Shown: positions 1-10,275 of the stretch, piece by piece
How positions within the stretch are numbered: the first letter of the stretch is position 1
Layout of the letters: each line of letters opens with the position of its first letter
From: Gammaproteobacteria bacterium
GTDB lineage: Bacteria > Pseudomonadota > Gammaproteobacteria > JBCCGL01
Direction of reading: 5' to 3'
DNA length: 64,000 nt
Assembly: GCA_965277715.1 (NCBI GenBank)
Contig: OZ255836.1
Span: 2,240,001-2,304,000, forward strand
The notes under the pieces: generated by a model
Seen by the model: the letters and a program-made list of their open reading frames with translations, nothing else
The model's database searches: none
Told to the model about the DNA's origin: nothing
Position numbers and translations under genes: made by a program

Positions 1-207
1 ACGCGTACCAATAGGCAGCAACTCGCTGAGCATACGTAACCCGGAAGTACGAAACTTATCCGGGTCATTCTTTTTCATACTGCCGGAAACATCCATTAAT
101 ATACGCACATCATTAACTGGCGATTGCACAACACCAGCCAATACCGGTTCCAACAACAGGCAAAACCCCAGACAAACCAGGCACATACTATTACGCAGCT
201 CTCTCAT
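1..207 (-). CDS. VWA-domain exported protein, N-terminal part (runs off window start)
   Basis: Manual translation from ATG at 207: MRELRNSMCLVCLGFCLLLEPVLAG...DVRILMDVSGSMKKNDP; signal-peptide-like N-terminus plus DxSxS MIDAS motif. Confidence 0.75.
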   Translation of the reverse strand, partial: MRELRNSMCLVCLGFCLLLEPVLAGVVQSPVNDVRILMDVSGSMKKNDPDKFRTSGLRMLSELLPIGTR

Positions 208-350
208 ACCCGTTAGGTCGGCCAGGCGATGAAATACCTTAATACTAAACCCCTTGCTAAAAAATAATCCCCCAACTTTGATTAACGTAGGATCGTTGCC
301 GGGGAGCGACAGCCTTTGGGCGCAGACAAAATGATGGTTTTCGCTACACG

Positions 351-720
351 ATGAATGCACCTCTGACCGTAGGTAATAGAGTATTTGGCAGTATTAATAT
401 CGCCAGTACACAAGCGTTAATCGCTATGCATATCGACTGCCGACGGTTACTGGAACAAACCCAGGCGACCGTAGAACGTCACGAGAACTATGCTTGCAGG
501 CTTGAAGTGCTTAACTCTATTGGGCAAAGATTATCGACAGCACTTAGCCAGGGCGATGTATTTAGTGCTGTCGCGGATTGTGTGGAAAATATCATCAAAG
601 CGGAGCGCATCCGTTACGCCGTATTTACCGGTTTCAATTGCGGATGAAATCATCGGCACACTCAATATAGCAATCCGTGAAGTGGCGTTTTCAGAATTTA
701 ATCCCGGTTTTCTACTACTT
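351..720 (+). pseudogene. Degraded GAF-domain sensor fragment
   Basis: GAF-like segments in two frames (APLTVGNRVFGSINIAS; LEVLNSIGQRLSTALSQGDVFSAVAD; PVSIADEIIGTLNIA), broken by a frameshift and a stop. Confidence 0.55.
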
Positions 721-805
721 ATAGAGTATTTGCAAACACCCGCGCATGAGTTAAGCTTAATTATTTATTTTTATACTGCCCTTTACAGGGCATTCAGGGT
801 TAACT

Positions 806-1465
806 ATGCGTATCATTCTGTTAGGCGGCCCCGGTGCAGGCAAAGGCACACAGGCAGCTTATATTGTCGAGGCTTACGATATTCCACAAATTTCAACCGG
901 TGATATGCTACGAACAGCCATCGCAGAAGGCAGTGAATTGGGGCTTGCAGCAAAGCGGGTAATGGATGCCGGTGAATTGGTCAATGACAGTATTATTATC
1001 GGTTTGGTCAAGCAACGCATCACCGCAGAGGATTGCAAAAACGGGTTTCTCTTTGATGGTTTCCCGCGCACGCTGGCACAGGCCGAGGCGCTGAGAGAAT
1101 CAAACATCGCTATCGATGCAGTCGTTGAAATAGCCGTCGATGATGATGAAATTATCCACCGGATGAGTGGCCGCCGCGTACACTTGGCCTCTGGCCGCAC
1201 CTACCATATTGAACACAACCCGCCCAAAGTTGAAGGCGTGGATGATGTAACCGGCGAAGCACTGATTCAGCGCGAGGATGACATTGAAAGTACCGTCCGC
1301 AACCGGTTGAACATTTACCACCAGCAAACCTCCCCCCTGATTGAATACTATTCAAACGGGGCAAAAGCCAGTGATGACGCCCCCCGCTATATTCATGTAG
1401 AGGGTGTGGGGGCGCTGGAAGACATCAAGCAGCAGATTTTTGATGCGCTAACCGAGAACTTGTGA
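806..1465 (+). CDS. adk: Adenylate kinase
   Basis: [12 protein letters not shown]-loop, [18 protein letters not shown] domain. Confidence 0.98.
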   Translation: MRIILLGGPGAGKGTQAAYIVEAYDIPQISTGDMLRTAIAEGSELGLAAKRVMDAGELVNDSIIIGLVKQRITAEDCKNGFLFDGFPRTLAQAEALRESNIAIDAVVEIAVDDDEIIHRMSGRRVHLASGRTYHIEHNPPKVEGVDDVTGEALIQREDDIESTVRNRLNIYHQQTSPLIEYYSNGAKASDDAPRYIHVEGVGALEDIKQQIFDALTENL

Positions 1466-1484
1466 ATATTGTAAAAATAGGCTG

Positions 1485-2408
1485 TCAAACGTCGCTATTG
1501 TTACTTTCCAAGTCATCCCTTAATGCCTTTACTTGCTCAACGCTAAGGCCCATAGCGTGTGAAATTTGCTCATCCGTTAGTATGCCCAATACCAACAGGT
1601 TTACAGCACCTGAATTAGCCTTATTTAGCTCACCTTCCTCACGCCCTTCCTCACGCCCTTCCTCACGCCCTTCCTCACGTCCAATGCGCCTACCCATTAC
1701 CTGCGCAGTTTCGATCACATCACGTTCATCCATGCGTTTTTTATTGATGTAATCATATACCTGCATCTCCTTTTTACTCCAGGCATGTTGTTGCGCTATT
1801 GCAAAAGCGGTTTTAAACACAGGGTCCTGTTGGTAGGTTGTGGGAACTTCCTCCATGCGCCCCGCATGCTTGATAAAATAAATCCACTTATCGACCATGT
1901 TGTCCAGTTGCTCCAGCGTTTTATGAAACTTGCCAAGCTCGATAAAACAAAAAGCAAAGTCATCCAGGTGGTTTTTATGCGTGCGGGTATCGAGAATCAG
2001 GTGGTTGGACAGGTATTGACCATCATCCGGGCTAAAGTCAAAATCCAGGATGCCAATAAAATGTACCTTCTTTAGCTGATCGTATGCCACCCCTACATCC
2101 AGTTGATTAACATAGGATTTAGCAGTGTAGTAAAGGCTGCGCTTGGCAAAATAGCGGCTCGGCTGTACCTGCATTTCGATAACAAACCGACGCTGCTGCT
2201 GATCGGTGGCCATCACATCCAGCACAGTCTCTTTGAGCTCTTCGATCCGGGGTAACTGGTAGGGATTATCGAAGGAGACATCCACCACCTTTGCGCCTTC
2301 AGGGAAATCCAGCGCCGCATTGACAAAATGAATCAGCACTTCTTTATGTTGCTGGTTACCAAAGATCCTTTTAAAGGCGATATCATTGCGCGGGTCGACG
2401 AATTTCAT
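1485..2408 (-). CDS. Rpn family recombination-promoting nuclease / PD-(D/E)XK putative transposase
   Basis: DPRNDIAFKRIFG, LDV...IEMQV, RSLYY, W(I)YFIK and C-terminal (REEG)n repeat typical of the family. Confidence 0.9.
   Translation of the reverse strand: MKFVDPRNDIAFKRIFGNQQHKEVLIHFVNAALDFPEGAKVVDVSFDNPYQLPRIEELKETVLDVMATDQQQRRFVIEMQVQPSRYFAKRSLYYTAKSYVNQLDVGVAYDQLKKVHFIGILDFDFSPDDGQYLSNHLILDTRTHKNHLDDFAFCFIELGKFHKTLEQLDNMVDKWIYFIKHAGRMEEVPTTYQQDPVFKTAFAIAQQHAWSKKEMQVYDYINKKRMDERDVIETAQVMGRRIGREEGREEGREEGREEGELNKANSGAVNLLVLGILTDEQISHAMGLSVEQVKALRDDLESNNSDV
1633..1680 (-). repeat. 12-bp coding tandem repeat x4 (REEG) in the Rpn C-terminus
   Basis: ccttcctcacgc repeated four times (last copy ends in t). 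Confidence 0.95.
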
Positions 2409-2442
2409 AGAGTAGAATTATCCCTCGCTTAGCTCAAAAGGT

Positions 2443-2503
2443 CTAGATGCCATGTATTAACTTGCACACAAGTAAGTACATGATGCCTCAGAAGCCTGTC
2501 GGA
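2443..2503 (+). mobile_element. Internally deleted MITE-like remnant (family B end fused to family C end)
   Basis: ctagatgccatgtattaacttgcacacaagtaagtacatgatg matches the elements at 5665 and 59319; followed by agcctgtcgg as at 59191-59200. Confidence 0.7.
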
Positions 2504-2582
2504 GCAATGGGGGGAGGGCAAAAATATCAACCGTGTTTACCAGTCAACACCATGAGCAGCGAACATCTAATGTACCTTTAAT

Positions 2583-3452
2583 TTATGAGTAATTAAATGT
2601 CAACCCATCCAGCAATGTCGGGTAACCAAGCCGCACGCCAAGCTCAGCTTTTATTTTGCGGTTATTAATACGGCGTGATTCCTGTAGGTACGATAGCATT
2701 GCCGGGCTGAATATTTTACGTGCCTGCGCCAGGCTTACCTCGGCGGGCCGGGGTAGGCCCAAAGCATCGGCAACACGAAAAAAATAATCACTCATCGAAG
2801 TGGGTTGATCGTCTGCAACATTGTAAATACCCGGCGCACCGCCATGTGCCGCCGCAAGACACACTTTGAGCAAGTCATCAGCGTGGATCCGGTTGCTGAA
2901 AGGCGATTCCCGCTCAGCCAATACCGGGGTCTGTTGGCGTATTCGCTCTATCGGCAAACGGTCGGCGGCATAAATACCCGCAACGCGTAAAATAGATAGC
3001 GCAGTTGCGCGGGCAAGCGACCACTCGCGCCAGGTATTTTCCGCATCAACCCGGCGAACACTGCGCGCTGCCCCTGGATTTAAGGCCTGTGTTTCATCGA
3101 TCCACGCCCCTCCACAATCACCGTAAACACCCGTTGTGCCAATCAGCACAAGCTGCCGAATAAAGCCTGTACCCAACCATGTAATTGCCTGGCGACTGCG
3201 TGAATCGATAACCCCTTTGGGCGGTGGTGGCACCAGGTAGTAGAGCACGTCCACATCAGTCCCTGCCGCTATGGGTTGGTGAGCCACTGGTTTGTCCAGG
3301 TCACACGGCTGTACAGAAAAGCCTTGCGCTTTCAGTGCATCGATACGCGCTGCGCTGCGCGAAATGCAGGTAACGCGGTTACCTGCCCGCCGCTCCGCCC
3401 TGGCAATACGGGTGCCAATATAACCACAACCAAAGACCAGGATATTTGCCAC
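2583..3452 (-). CDS. NAD-dependent epimerase/dehydratase (extended SDR)
   Basis: GCGYIG Rossmann motif, TTGVYGD, RIHADDL. Confidence 0.9.
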   Translation of the reverse strand: MANILVFGCGYIGTRIARAERRAGNRVTCISRSAARIDALKAQGFSVQPCDLDKPVAHQPIAAGTDVDVLYYLVPPPPKGVIDSRSRQAITWLGTGFIRQLVLIGTTGVYGDCGGAWIDETQALNPGAARSVRRVDAENTWREWSLARATALSILRVAGIYAADRLPIERIRQQTPVLAERESPFSNRIHADDLLKVCLAAAHGGAPGIYNVADDQPTSMSDYFFRVADALGLPRPAEVSLAQARKIFSPAMLSYLQESRRINNRKIKAELGVRLGYPTLLDGLTFNYS

Positions 3453-3457
3453 AAGCG

Positions 3458-4252
3458 CTACGCGTTTACCGCCGTCAACAATGCTACGTGTACCTCTTCG
3501 GGTTTCTCTGCCATCAGCATATGGCCACAGTTGGGGATATCGAGCACCCGTGCGCCATTGAGGTCAGCGGCCAGTTGCAATGCCCGTTTGTACGGGGTCA
3601 TCATGTCCTCGCGCCCAACAACCAGTGTTGTCGGGCAGGTCACTTTATCCAGCCAAACCTGATCAGGTATATAGGCATTGCAGGCGTTTAAACCGGCAAA
3701 CATTACGCCATCGGCAGCCCGTTCCACCAGTCGTTGACCGGCGTTTAGTACTGAAATCCCCGAAACCGGGTTGCTGCCCAGTTGCGCAGCATAATCAAAG
3801 CCAAACAAGACAAACATATCGATGGCACGTTTTTCGTTATTGCGTGCCGCTTCAAGAAATACGGGGGCAACCGGCATCGGTAGGGCGACACCCAGCAAGG
3901 CCAGACGCTCGACCCGCGCCGAACAACGCGCCGCAGCATCCATCGAGATCAGGCCGCCCATGCTATGCCCCACCAGCGTAGCGGATTCAATGCCTAGGGC
4001 ATCAAGAAATTTCAATAACCACTCGGCCATCGCCGCAATTGAGGTCAGCGGTGGCCCTTGTGAATGACCGTGCCCTGGCAGGTCGAGCGCATAAGCATTG
4101 TAGCCACGCCGGGCATAGTAGCGTGTGTATAGCGTCCAGGTGGTGTTATCCAACGCCGTACCGTGAACAAACACAATATTGGGCTGCGTAGCATCGTAGT
4201 CACGCTTTCCGGTGGAATAAAAAACCGCTTGATCGTCAACGGTGATATACAT
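3458..4252 (-). CDS. Alpha/beta fold hydrolase
   Basis: HG..., DLPGHG, GHSMGG nucleophile elbow, C-terminal GH; start placed at ATG 4252 after AGGA. Confidence 0.9.
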   Translation of the reverse strand: MYITVDDQAVFYSTGKRDYDATQPNIVFVHGTALDNTTWTLYTRYYARRGYNAYALDLPGHGHSQGPPLTSIAAMAEWLLKFLDALGIESATLVGHSMGGLISMDAAARCSARVERLALLGVALPMPVAPVFLEAARNNEKRAIDMFVLFGFDYAAQLGSNPVSGISVLNAGQRLVERAADGVMFAGLNACNAYIPDQVWLDKVTCPTTLVVGREDMMTPYKRALQLAADLNGARVLDIPNCGHMLMAEKPEEVHVALLTAVNA

Positions 4253-4298
4253 AGGGTTTATCCTGTCGATTGCTGGCGTAGAAGGTGTCGGAAAACGG

Positions 4299-5591
4299 CT
4301 ATTTTTGCGAGCGGTGTAGTGCGCGACCGAGGTCGGCAATCAAATCCTGGGCATCTTCGATACCGATAGATAAACGCACCAATCCCGCCGAAATGCCAGC
4401 AGCCTGCAACGCATCGGCATCCATGCGGCTGTGCGTGGTTGAAGCCGGGTGAATCACCAACGACTTTGCATCCCCCACATTAGCCAGGTGCGAAAACAAG
4501 CGTAGCGAGTCGATAAACCGACGCCCTGCAGCACGCCCACCTTTCAATTCAAAACTAAACACAGCACCACACCCTTTGGGCAACAAGCTGGCCGCCAGTG
4601 CATGATCAGGATGCTCTGGCAACGCCGGGTAGGTAACGTATTCAACGGCGTCATTGGCGCTTAAAAAGGCCACGACGGCCCGCGTGTTTTCCATATGCCG
4701 CTGCATACGCATTGGCAGGGTTTCAATGCCTTGCATGATATGAAACGCATTGGTTGGGCTCATGCACGCGCCAAAATCGCGCAACCCCTCCTTGCGGGCG
4801 CGCATCAAAAAGGCACTGGGGCCGAACTCCTCGGCAAAGTCCATCCCGTGAAAACCGGCGTAAGGTTCGCTCAGTGTTGGAAACAGCGGTGATGCCTCCC
4901 AATTAAAACGCCCCGAATCAACCACGGCCCCACCGATAGCGACCCCGTGCCCTCCCATAAATTTGGTCAGTGAGTGCATAACCAGATCCGCACCGTGTTC
5001 AAACGGTCGCAATAGATAGGGTGTCGTCAGGGTTGCATCCAGCATCAATGGTAAACCGTGTGCGTGCGCCACTTCAGATAACTGTGGAATATCGATCACT
5101 TCAAGTCGTGGGTTGCCAACGGTTTCACCAAATAATAGACGCGTTTGGGGTGTGATCGCATCGGCAAATGCCTGGGGGTCACGGGGGTCGACAAAAGTAG
5201 TGGTAATACCAAACCGTGGCAGCGTATAGGCCAGCAGATTGTGCGTGCCACCGTACAGTGAGTGCGAGGAAACAATATGGCTACCCGCTCCCATCAGGGT
5301 GACAATCGCCAGATGGATTGCCGCCATGCCACTGGCTGTCGCCACCGCACCCACGCCTCCCTCAAGTGCGGCAACACGCTCTTCGAGCATCCCTACTGTG
5401 GGGTTGGAAATGCGCGAGTAAACATGCCCGGCGCGCGCCACATCAAACAGCGAAGCAGCGTGATCGGCGTCTTTAAATACAAACGAAGTGCTTTGATAGA
5501 TAGGCGCAGCACGCGCCCCTGTGGTTGGGTCGGGCTGTTGCCCGGCGTGCAAACTGAGTGTATCAAACCCAATATACTTTGGCCCTGCCAT
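4299..5591 (-). CDS. O-acetylhomoserine aminocarboxypropyltransferase (MetY-like, PLP)
   Basis: [22 protein letters not shown] lysine, [18 protein letters not shown]. Confidence 0.9.
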   Translation of the reverse strand: MAGPKYIGFDTLSLHAGQQPDPTTGARAAPIYQSTSFVFKDADHAASLFDVARAGHVYSRISNPTVGMLEERVAALEGGVGAVATASGMAAIHLAIVTLMGAGSHIVSSHSLYGGTHNLLAYTLPRFGITTTFVDPRDPQAFADAITPQTRLLFGETVGNPRLEVIDIPQLSEVAHAHGLPLMLDATLTTPYLLRPFEHGADLVMHSLTKFMGGHGVAIGGAVVDSGRFNWEASPLFPTLSEPYAGFHGMDFAEEFGPSAFLMRARKEGLRDFGACMSPTNAFHIMQGIETLPMRMQRHMENTRAVVAFLSANDAVEYVTYPALPEHPDHALAASLLPKGCGAVFSFELKGGRAAGRRFIDSLRLFSHLANVGDAKSLVIHPASTTHSRMDADALQAAGISAGLVRLSIGIEDAQDLIADLGRALHRSQK

Positions 5592-5664
5592 TACTTATCC
5601 CCATTATCTGAAAACGGTGTTTACACACGCAGCCGTAAACGAAACAATTACAGTATATTCCAAC

Positions 5665-5788
5665 CTAGACCCCGTGTATTAACTTGCCCATAAGTCAATA
5701 CATGATGTCTGACGTATTAGCCAATAATTGTTCCAGAAAAAAGCGCTCTGGAACAATTAGTTGCAAGTTAATACATATCAGCAGCCTG
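5665..5788 (+). mobile_element. MITE-like palindromic element, family B
   Basis: Starts at CTAG; inverted repeats tgtattaacttgc / gcaagttaataca; internal palindrome aattgttccaga...tctggaacaatt; closely similar inverted copy at 59204-59319. Confidence 0.8.
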
Positions 5789-5871
5789 AATCAGCCGGTA
5801 ATTAAATCCTGGTCTCGAGACGTTCATGGCATTGTTGGAAGCGTTTGTTTCGTGCTAGGTTTCTTGTTTAA

Positions 5872-5913
5872 GTGCATTAGGTGGTCTCAGTAGATTCAAC
5901 TGCGGAATTTAGG
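5872..5913 (+). mobile_element. Right end of family A MITE
   Basis: gtgcattaggtggtctcagtagattcaactgcggaatttagg matches the right ends of 24174-24348 and 25775-25948. Confidence 0.8.
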
Positions 5914-5926
5914 TTCAATACCGTAT

Positions 5927-6736
5927 TTAGCCACAAGCCCGCACTAACCGCTGAATACCCCCCTCTGGCGACAACTGCACCAGAGTGGCTTTGTCGATAA
6001 TACTGCCTGTCTCAGCATAATCCAGCCAGTGACGGTTTCGCTGGGTGTAGCGTATGCGTATTTTTGGCGATAGACCTTTGCTCTTTAAAAAATCCATATG
6101 ACTGAGGGCAAAACGCTGTTCGCTGAACACCCCCAGCGAGATGGCGTTGGCCAGACTTGACTCTCGCATCACATAGTAGTCTTTGATGCCTTTATCAAGC
6201 AATACGTTGACCATGGCCTGCGCCTGTTGACGATTGGGAAACGGCGCCAGGAAGACGTTGTAACCAAATACTTCCGACTTGCTCAATATACGCTGTCGAT
6301 AGCGAATGCCATTGTCGTCGAATAATTGCCGGGCCTTTTTAAGCACAGCTTCATCGACAAATGGCCCAACGGTGTAGCAGTTTTTGGGTGTCGGCTCGTT
6401 TTCCGGTGGCGTAAGGGGCACCTGGTTGTTGAGAAATTCAGCATTGGCGGCGGCGTCAGTGAATCCCGCATCAATGAGCTCGCTGTCAACCAGATCATCG
6501 TCGAGTATTATGCGAGGTTCTGTAGGTTCTATAGTTTCTGTTTCAGGTGTTGCCGGGGTGGCTGTAGCCACGTCGATAACACGCGGCGCAGTTGTGCCGG
6601 TTTCCTCCAGTAAAACCAGCTGCGGTACATTGGCCGGAAGCTGGACCCTCACCGGTTTATCTGGCACAACAAGGTATGCTTGCCACAAAAACAGACAGCC
6701 GTTTGCCAGCGCTAGAAGGAGAAAGGTGATTTTCAT
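5927..6736 (-). CDS. SPOR domain-containing protein
   Basis: N-terminal TM helix, low-complexity linker, CYTVGPF and NAISLGVFS; typical position after birA-coaX. Confidence 0.8.
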   Translation of the reverse strand: MKITFLLLALANGCLFLWQAYLVVPDKPVRVQLPANVPQLVLLEETGTTAPRVIDVATATPATPETETIEPTEPRIILDDDLVDSELIDAGFTDAAANAEFLNNQVPLTPPENEPTPKNCYTVGPFVDEAVLKKARQLFDDNGIRYRQRILSKSEVFGYNVFLAPFPNRQQAQAMVNVLLDKGIKDYYVMRESSLANAISLGVFSEQRFALSHMDFLKSKGLSPKIRIRYTQRNRHWLDYAETGSIIDKATLVQLSPEGGIQRLVRACG

Positions 6737-7452
6737 TGCAGCCCGGCCGCTATGGCTAAGCCGATGAGCACCAGCTGGGAATCGTGTATGTATTTGTGTT
6801 GTAAAAACGGTGCAACCATCACCGCCTCGCCTCCTGTAATAATACAGCGTAAATGTGGGCCAAACCGGGGGTACGCTTCAAGCAGTAGACGCTCTATGCC
6901 ACCACACAAAGCATATACCGTTCCACCGGCAATTGCGCCCACTGTGTTGCTGGCAAATGCGGTGACACCGGCCTCAACAATCGGCAGGTCGTGGGTTTGC
7001 TGGTGTAGCGCTGCGCGCATGGTGGCAATGCCAGGGAGAATGGCACCGCCCTGGTGAACCCCGTGCCGATCGATAATGTCGACCGTGGTGGCCGTGCCAC
7101 AGTCAACCACACACAGGGGGCCGGTGTAAGTGGCGCAGGCACCCGCCATTGCCAGCCAGCGATCGTCACCGAGCAGGTGGGGTTCTGCATAGCTATGCGT
7201 TAGCCCTGCAAACGGGTGATTTGAGGTAATCCACTCGAGAGTTGCGCTCTTTTCGCGGCACCAGTCCGCCAGGTGTTGCGCTATACCAGGGCCGGCGACA
7301 TTGCAGGCAATAACACGCGATACCGTGCCAATAGCACCGGGAAACAGGTCGAGTGTGTGGGTATTTTTGCAAGTGACCTGATCGACCAGCGCACCATCCC
7401 GCCAGCGTGCCGATTTGATGCACGAGTTGCCAATATCAACCAGTAACGTCAT
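6733..7452 (-). CDS. coaX: Type III pantothenate kinase
   Basis: LLVDIGNS, LGDDRW, VVDCGTATTVD, GGAILPG, ITGG. Confidence 0.95.
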   Translation of the reverse strand: MTLLVDIGNSCIKSARWRDGALVDQVTCKNTHTLDLFPGAIGTVSRVIACNVAGPGIAQHLADWCREKSATLEWITSNHPFAGLTHSYAEPHLLGDDRWLAMAGACATYTGPLCVVDCGTATTVDIIDRHGVHQGGAILPGIATMRAALHQQTHDLPIVEAGVTAFASNTVGAIAGGTVYALCGGIERLLLEAYPRFGPHLRCIITGGEAVMVAPFLQHKYIHDSQLVLIGLAIAAGLQ

Positions 7453-8366
7453 GGTTGCAGCCTAACGCTGATTTCGCCTGAATAAAACGGGCGTAAACCG
7501 GATGCAGTTTCGACGTTTAATGCGCCATTGTCAGCCACGCCACGGGCGATGCCATCAATGACCTGCCCGTCTGCGGCAAGCACGGCGATATTATGGTTGA
7601 AACAGGCATCATATTTTTCCCACTGTGCACGAAATGCCGTAAAGCCCTGTTGTTCATACCGGCTGTAGGCGCGCAGTACTTCGATAGCCAGTATTGCAAT
7701 CACGCTATTGCGCCCGGGTAGTTTGCCAACTGGGTTATTGCCTGAGCTATTGCCTGAGTTGTCGCCCGAATCATTCACAAGTAGTTGCGCCAGGTCGGTA
7801 AATGCCTGCTCGATCCCCGCCGGGTTGCCAACGCCACGGTAATTCAGACCGATACCTGTCACGGTATCAACGCCCGCTTTCCCCACTGTGCAGAGTTCGA
7901 TCAACAGACCACAGAGTTTCTTATTGTGGTGGAGGATGTCATTTGGCCACTTCACGCTAAGCCCTCGCACACCCAGCGTTTCCAGCGCCGTGATCACGGC
8001 ACAGGCAGTGACCAGACTGAGGCACGCCAACTGTGCGCCAGAGCAGGTAAAACGCCTGAGTAGTGAAAAGGTGACACCACCCGGGGGGGACTGCCAGGAT
8101 TTACCCCGGCGACCCCGGCCTGCGGTTTGAGTTTCTGTTATACACAGTTGCGGTGTGGCCCATTGGTCAGCCCACTGATCGGCCCGGTATTGCATTAGCC
8201 AGGCGTTAGTGGATGGCAGGCTTGCAAACAGGTGCACACCACAGGTTTGTTGCAGTGAGTTGTTGATATGCGCCTGGATAACGGCGGCGTTTAATTCTGC
8301 CACGGTTTTACCATTAATCACTGCCCGCCCCGAGCCAGTCGATACATCGATCAGCCGTTTTATCAT
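7449..8366 (-). CDS. birA: Biotin--[acetyl-CoA carboxylase] ligase (no evident N-terminal HTH)
   Basis: STN, QTAGRGRRGKSW, KWPND, KLCGLL, GEISVR. Confidence 0.93.
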   Translation of the reverse strand: MIKRLIDVSTGSGRAVINGKTVAELNAAVIQAHINNSLQQTCGVHLFASLPSTNAWLMQYRADQWADQWATPQLCITETQTAGRGRRGKSWQSPPGGVTFSLLRRFTCSGAQLACLSLVTACAVITALETLGVRGLSVKWPNDILHHNKKLCGLLIELCTVGKAGVDTVTGIGLNYRGVGNPAGIEQAFTDLAQLLVNDSGDNSGNSSGNNPVGKLPGRNSVIAILAIEVLRAYSRYEQQGFTAFRAQWEKYDACFNHNIAVLAADGQVIDGIARGVADNGALNVETASGLRPFYSGEISVRLQP

Positions 8367-10140
8367 TGATCGACAGCAGGGCGGTATCCTTCTGCGCCGC
8401 TGATAATTGCAGGGTGAATGTCATCAGTTCGTCGCGGCGAAATGCCGTTACCTCTACACAGTCACCGACAGTGTGGCGATGCAGGGTATCGCTGAAGTTT
8501 TTTTCCGTGACGCGCACAGCGTCGATAGCCAATAGTGTATCCCCCGCTGACAACCCGGCGCGCTGGGCACTGGAGGGGTTGATAACGTGTGTAACACTTG
8601 CCAGGCCACTGTTAAATGGGCCGGTGTTAAATGCCAGGCGCATACCCTGCGCAAGTGCCGTAGTGCCTACGGTATGGCTGTGATCGTCGCCACGCGTTTC
8701 GGCGGGCGACTTTTGCCAGGTCAGTTCGACGCCTACTTGTGGCAATAGTGTTGCCAGCGGTAGCTCGTCAACACCGCGCACGGCCAGGTCAAAAAAATCA
8801 GTCAGCGCCACTCTGGCTTCACTGGATTCGAGCAGTTCACCGGCCAGTGCCTCAATGCCACACTCGTCAACGCCTGCACCGCGCCCGTGTTTTTGCCATA
8901 GCAGGCGCATCAGGTCGTCCAGTGATTTTGCCCCGCCACTCGCTTTGCGCAAGTGCAGATCCAGTGCCAGGGCGACCAGCGTACCTTTTGCGTAGTAGCT
9001 GACAATAGCGTTCGGTGCATTTTCGTCCTGCTTATAGAACTTGGTCCAGGCGTCGAAGCTCGAATCGCCAACGCTTTGTCGCTGCCGCCCAGGTGTTTGG
9101 GCAATGCGGGTCAGGGTGGCCGACAGGAGTTTAAGGTAGCGCTGGGGCGTGATTAGCCCACAGCGTACCAGCGCCAGGTCATCGTAATAAGAGGTGATAC
9201 CTTCAAATGCCCACAACAGGGTGGTATAGGCTTCGCTATCCAGCGTTGCTGCGGCCAGCCTTTGCGGGCGAATACGGGTGACGTTCCAGGCGTGAAAGTA
9301 CTCATGGCTACACAGGCCGAGAAATTGCAGATAGCCATCGCCTATTGTCGGATCTCCCGCCACCGGCAGGGTATCGCGTGATACCAGCAGGCTGGTGGAG
9401 AATTTATGTTCCAGGCCACCATAGCCATCACCGACCACCATCACTAGAAATACATAGCGGTCAAATGGCGCAGGCTCACCAAAAAAATGGATGTGCTGCG
9501 CGCAGATTTTGCTGAGGTCAGAACAGATACGCGCCGCATCAGTTTTGAAACGGCCACTCAACACCAGTTGGTGTTCAACCCCGCAGGCATCGAAACTGTG
9601 CCGTTCAAAACACCCCATTTCGACAGGGTGGTCGATCAGATCCAGGTAGTTCTGCGCACGATAAACCCCAAAGCCGCTGTGGTTCACTGCCTTTGTCTGC
9701 ATCGAAGTGGCGACCTGCCAACCCGCACCGATAGGCTCATCAGCCGGGTTGATTGTCAGTTCACACGGGCAGGTAGCGTGGCCCTCTGCCAACAAAAACA
9801 CGCTGGTACCATTAAAATAACCGTGGGTGGTGTCCAGGTGTGCAGCGCGCACAGATAAATCCCAGGCATAGACCTGATATACAATATGCAGCGCTCCCTG
9901 TGCGGGGAGGGCACGCCAACGGCATTTATCAATTTTTTCCAGCGCGACCGGGCCTTTGTCGTCGTGCGCGCTGATGGTGACAATATTGCGCGCAAAATCG
10001 CGCATCATATAACTGCCGGGAATCCAGTTGGGCAGCCTCAGCCGTTGGCCTGCGTTGTCTGGCTGGTCGATTCGACAGGTTACCTGAAACAAATGTGCCG
10101 ATGGGTTGAGCGGTGTTATCGAATAAGCAATATACTTCAT
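8314..10140 (-). CDS. M61 family metallopeptidase with C-terminal PDZ domain
   Basis: WIPGSY, GGLEH, HEYFHAWN, WAFEGITSYY, SYYAKG. Confidence 0.93.
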   Translation of the reverse strand: MKYIAYSITPLNPSAHLFQVTCRIDQPDNAGQRLRLPNWIPGSYMMRDFARNIVTISAHDDKGPVALEKIDKCRWRALPAQGALHIVYQVYAWDLSVRAAHLDTTHGYFNGTSVFLLAEGHATCPCELTINPADEPIGAGWQVATSMQTKAVNHSGFGVYRAQNYLDLIDHPVEMGCFERHSFDACGVEHQLVLSGRFKTDAARICSDLSKICAQHIHFFGEPAPFDRYVFLVMVVGDGYGGLEHKFSTSLLVSRDTLPVAGDPTIGDGYLQFLGLCSHEYFHAWNVTRIRPQRLAAATLDSEAYTTLLWAFEGITSYYDDLALVRCGLITPQRYLKLLSATLTRIAQTPGRQRQSVGDSSFDAWTKFYKQDENAPNAIVSYYAKGTLVALALDLHLRKASGGAKSLDDLMRLLWQKHGRGAGVDECGIEALAGELLESSEARVALTDFFDLAVRGVDELPLATLLPQVGVELTWQKSPAETRGDDHSHTVGTTALAQGMRLAFNTGPFNSGLASVTHVINPSSAQRAGLSAGDTLLAIDAVRVTEKNFSDTLHRHTVGDCVEVTAFRRDELMTFTLQLSAAQKDTALLSINDKTADRCIDWLGAGSD

Positions 10141-10275
10141 TGTTTGCGCTAAGATCTCGTGCGGGTAGTTACCTTAACCGCAAGCGAATAGAGATAAAAT
10201 AGTGTGGCAGTAATTTTTTAAGTCATATGAGGGCGAATCAGTACCAATGTATAAAACAGCAGGAGCAAACAAACC

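Noticed and set aside
5592-5664. SAM riboswitch upstream of the metY-like gene
   Set aside because: Only a short gtttac/gtaaac hairpin is present; no recognisable SAM aptamer consensus
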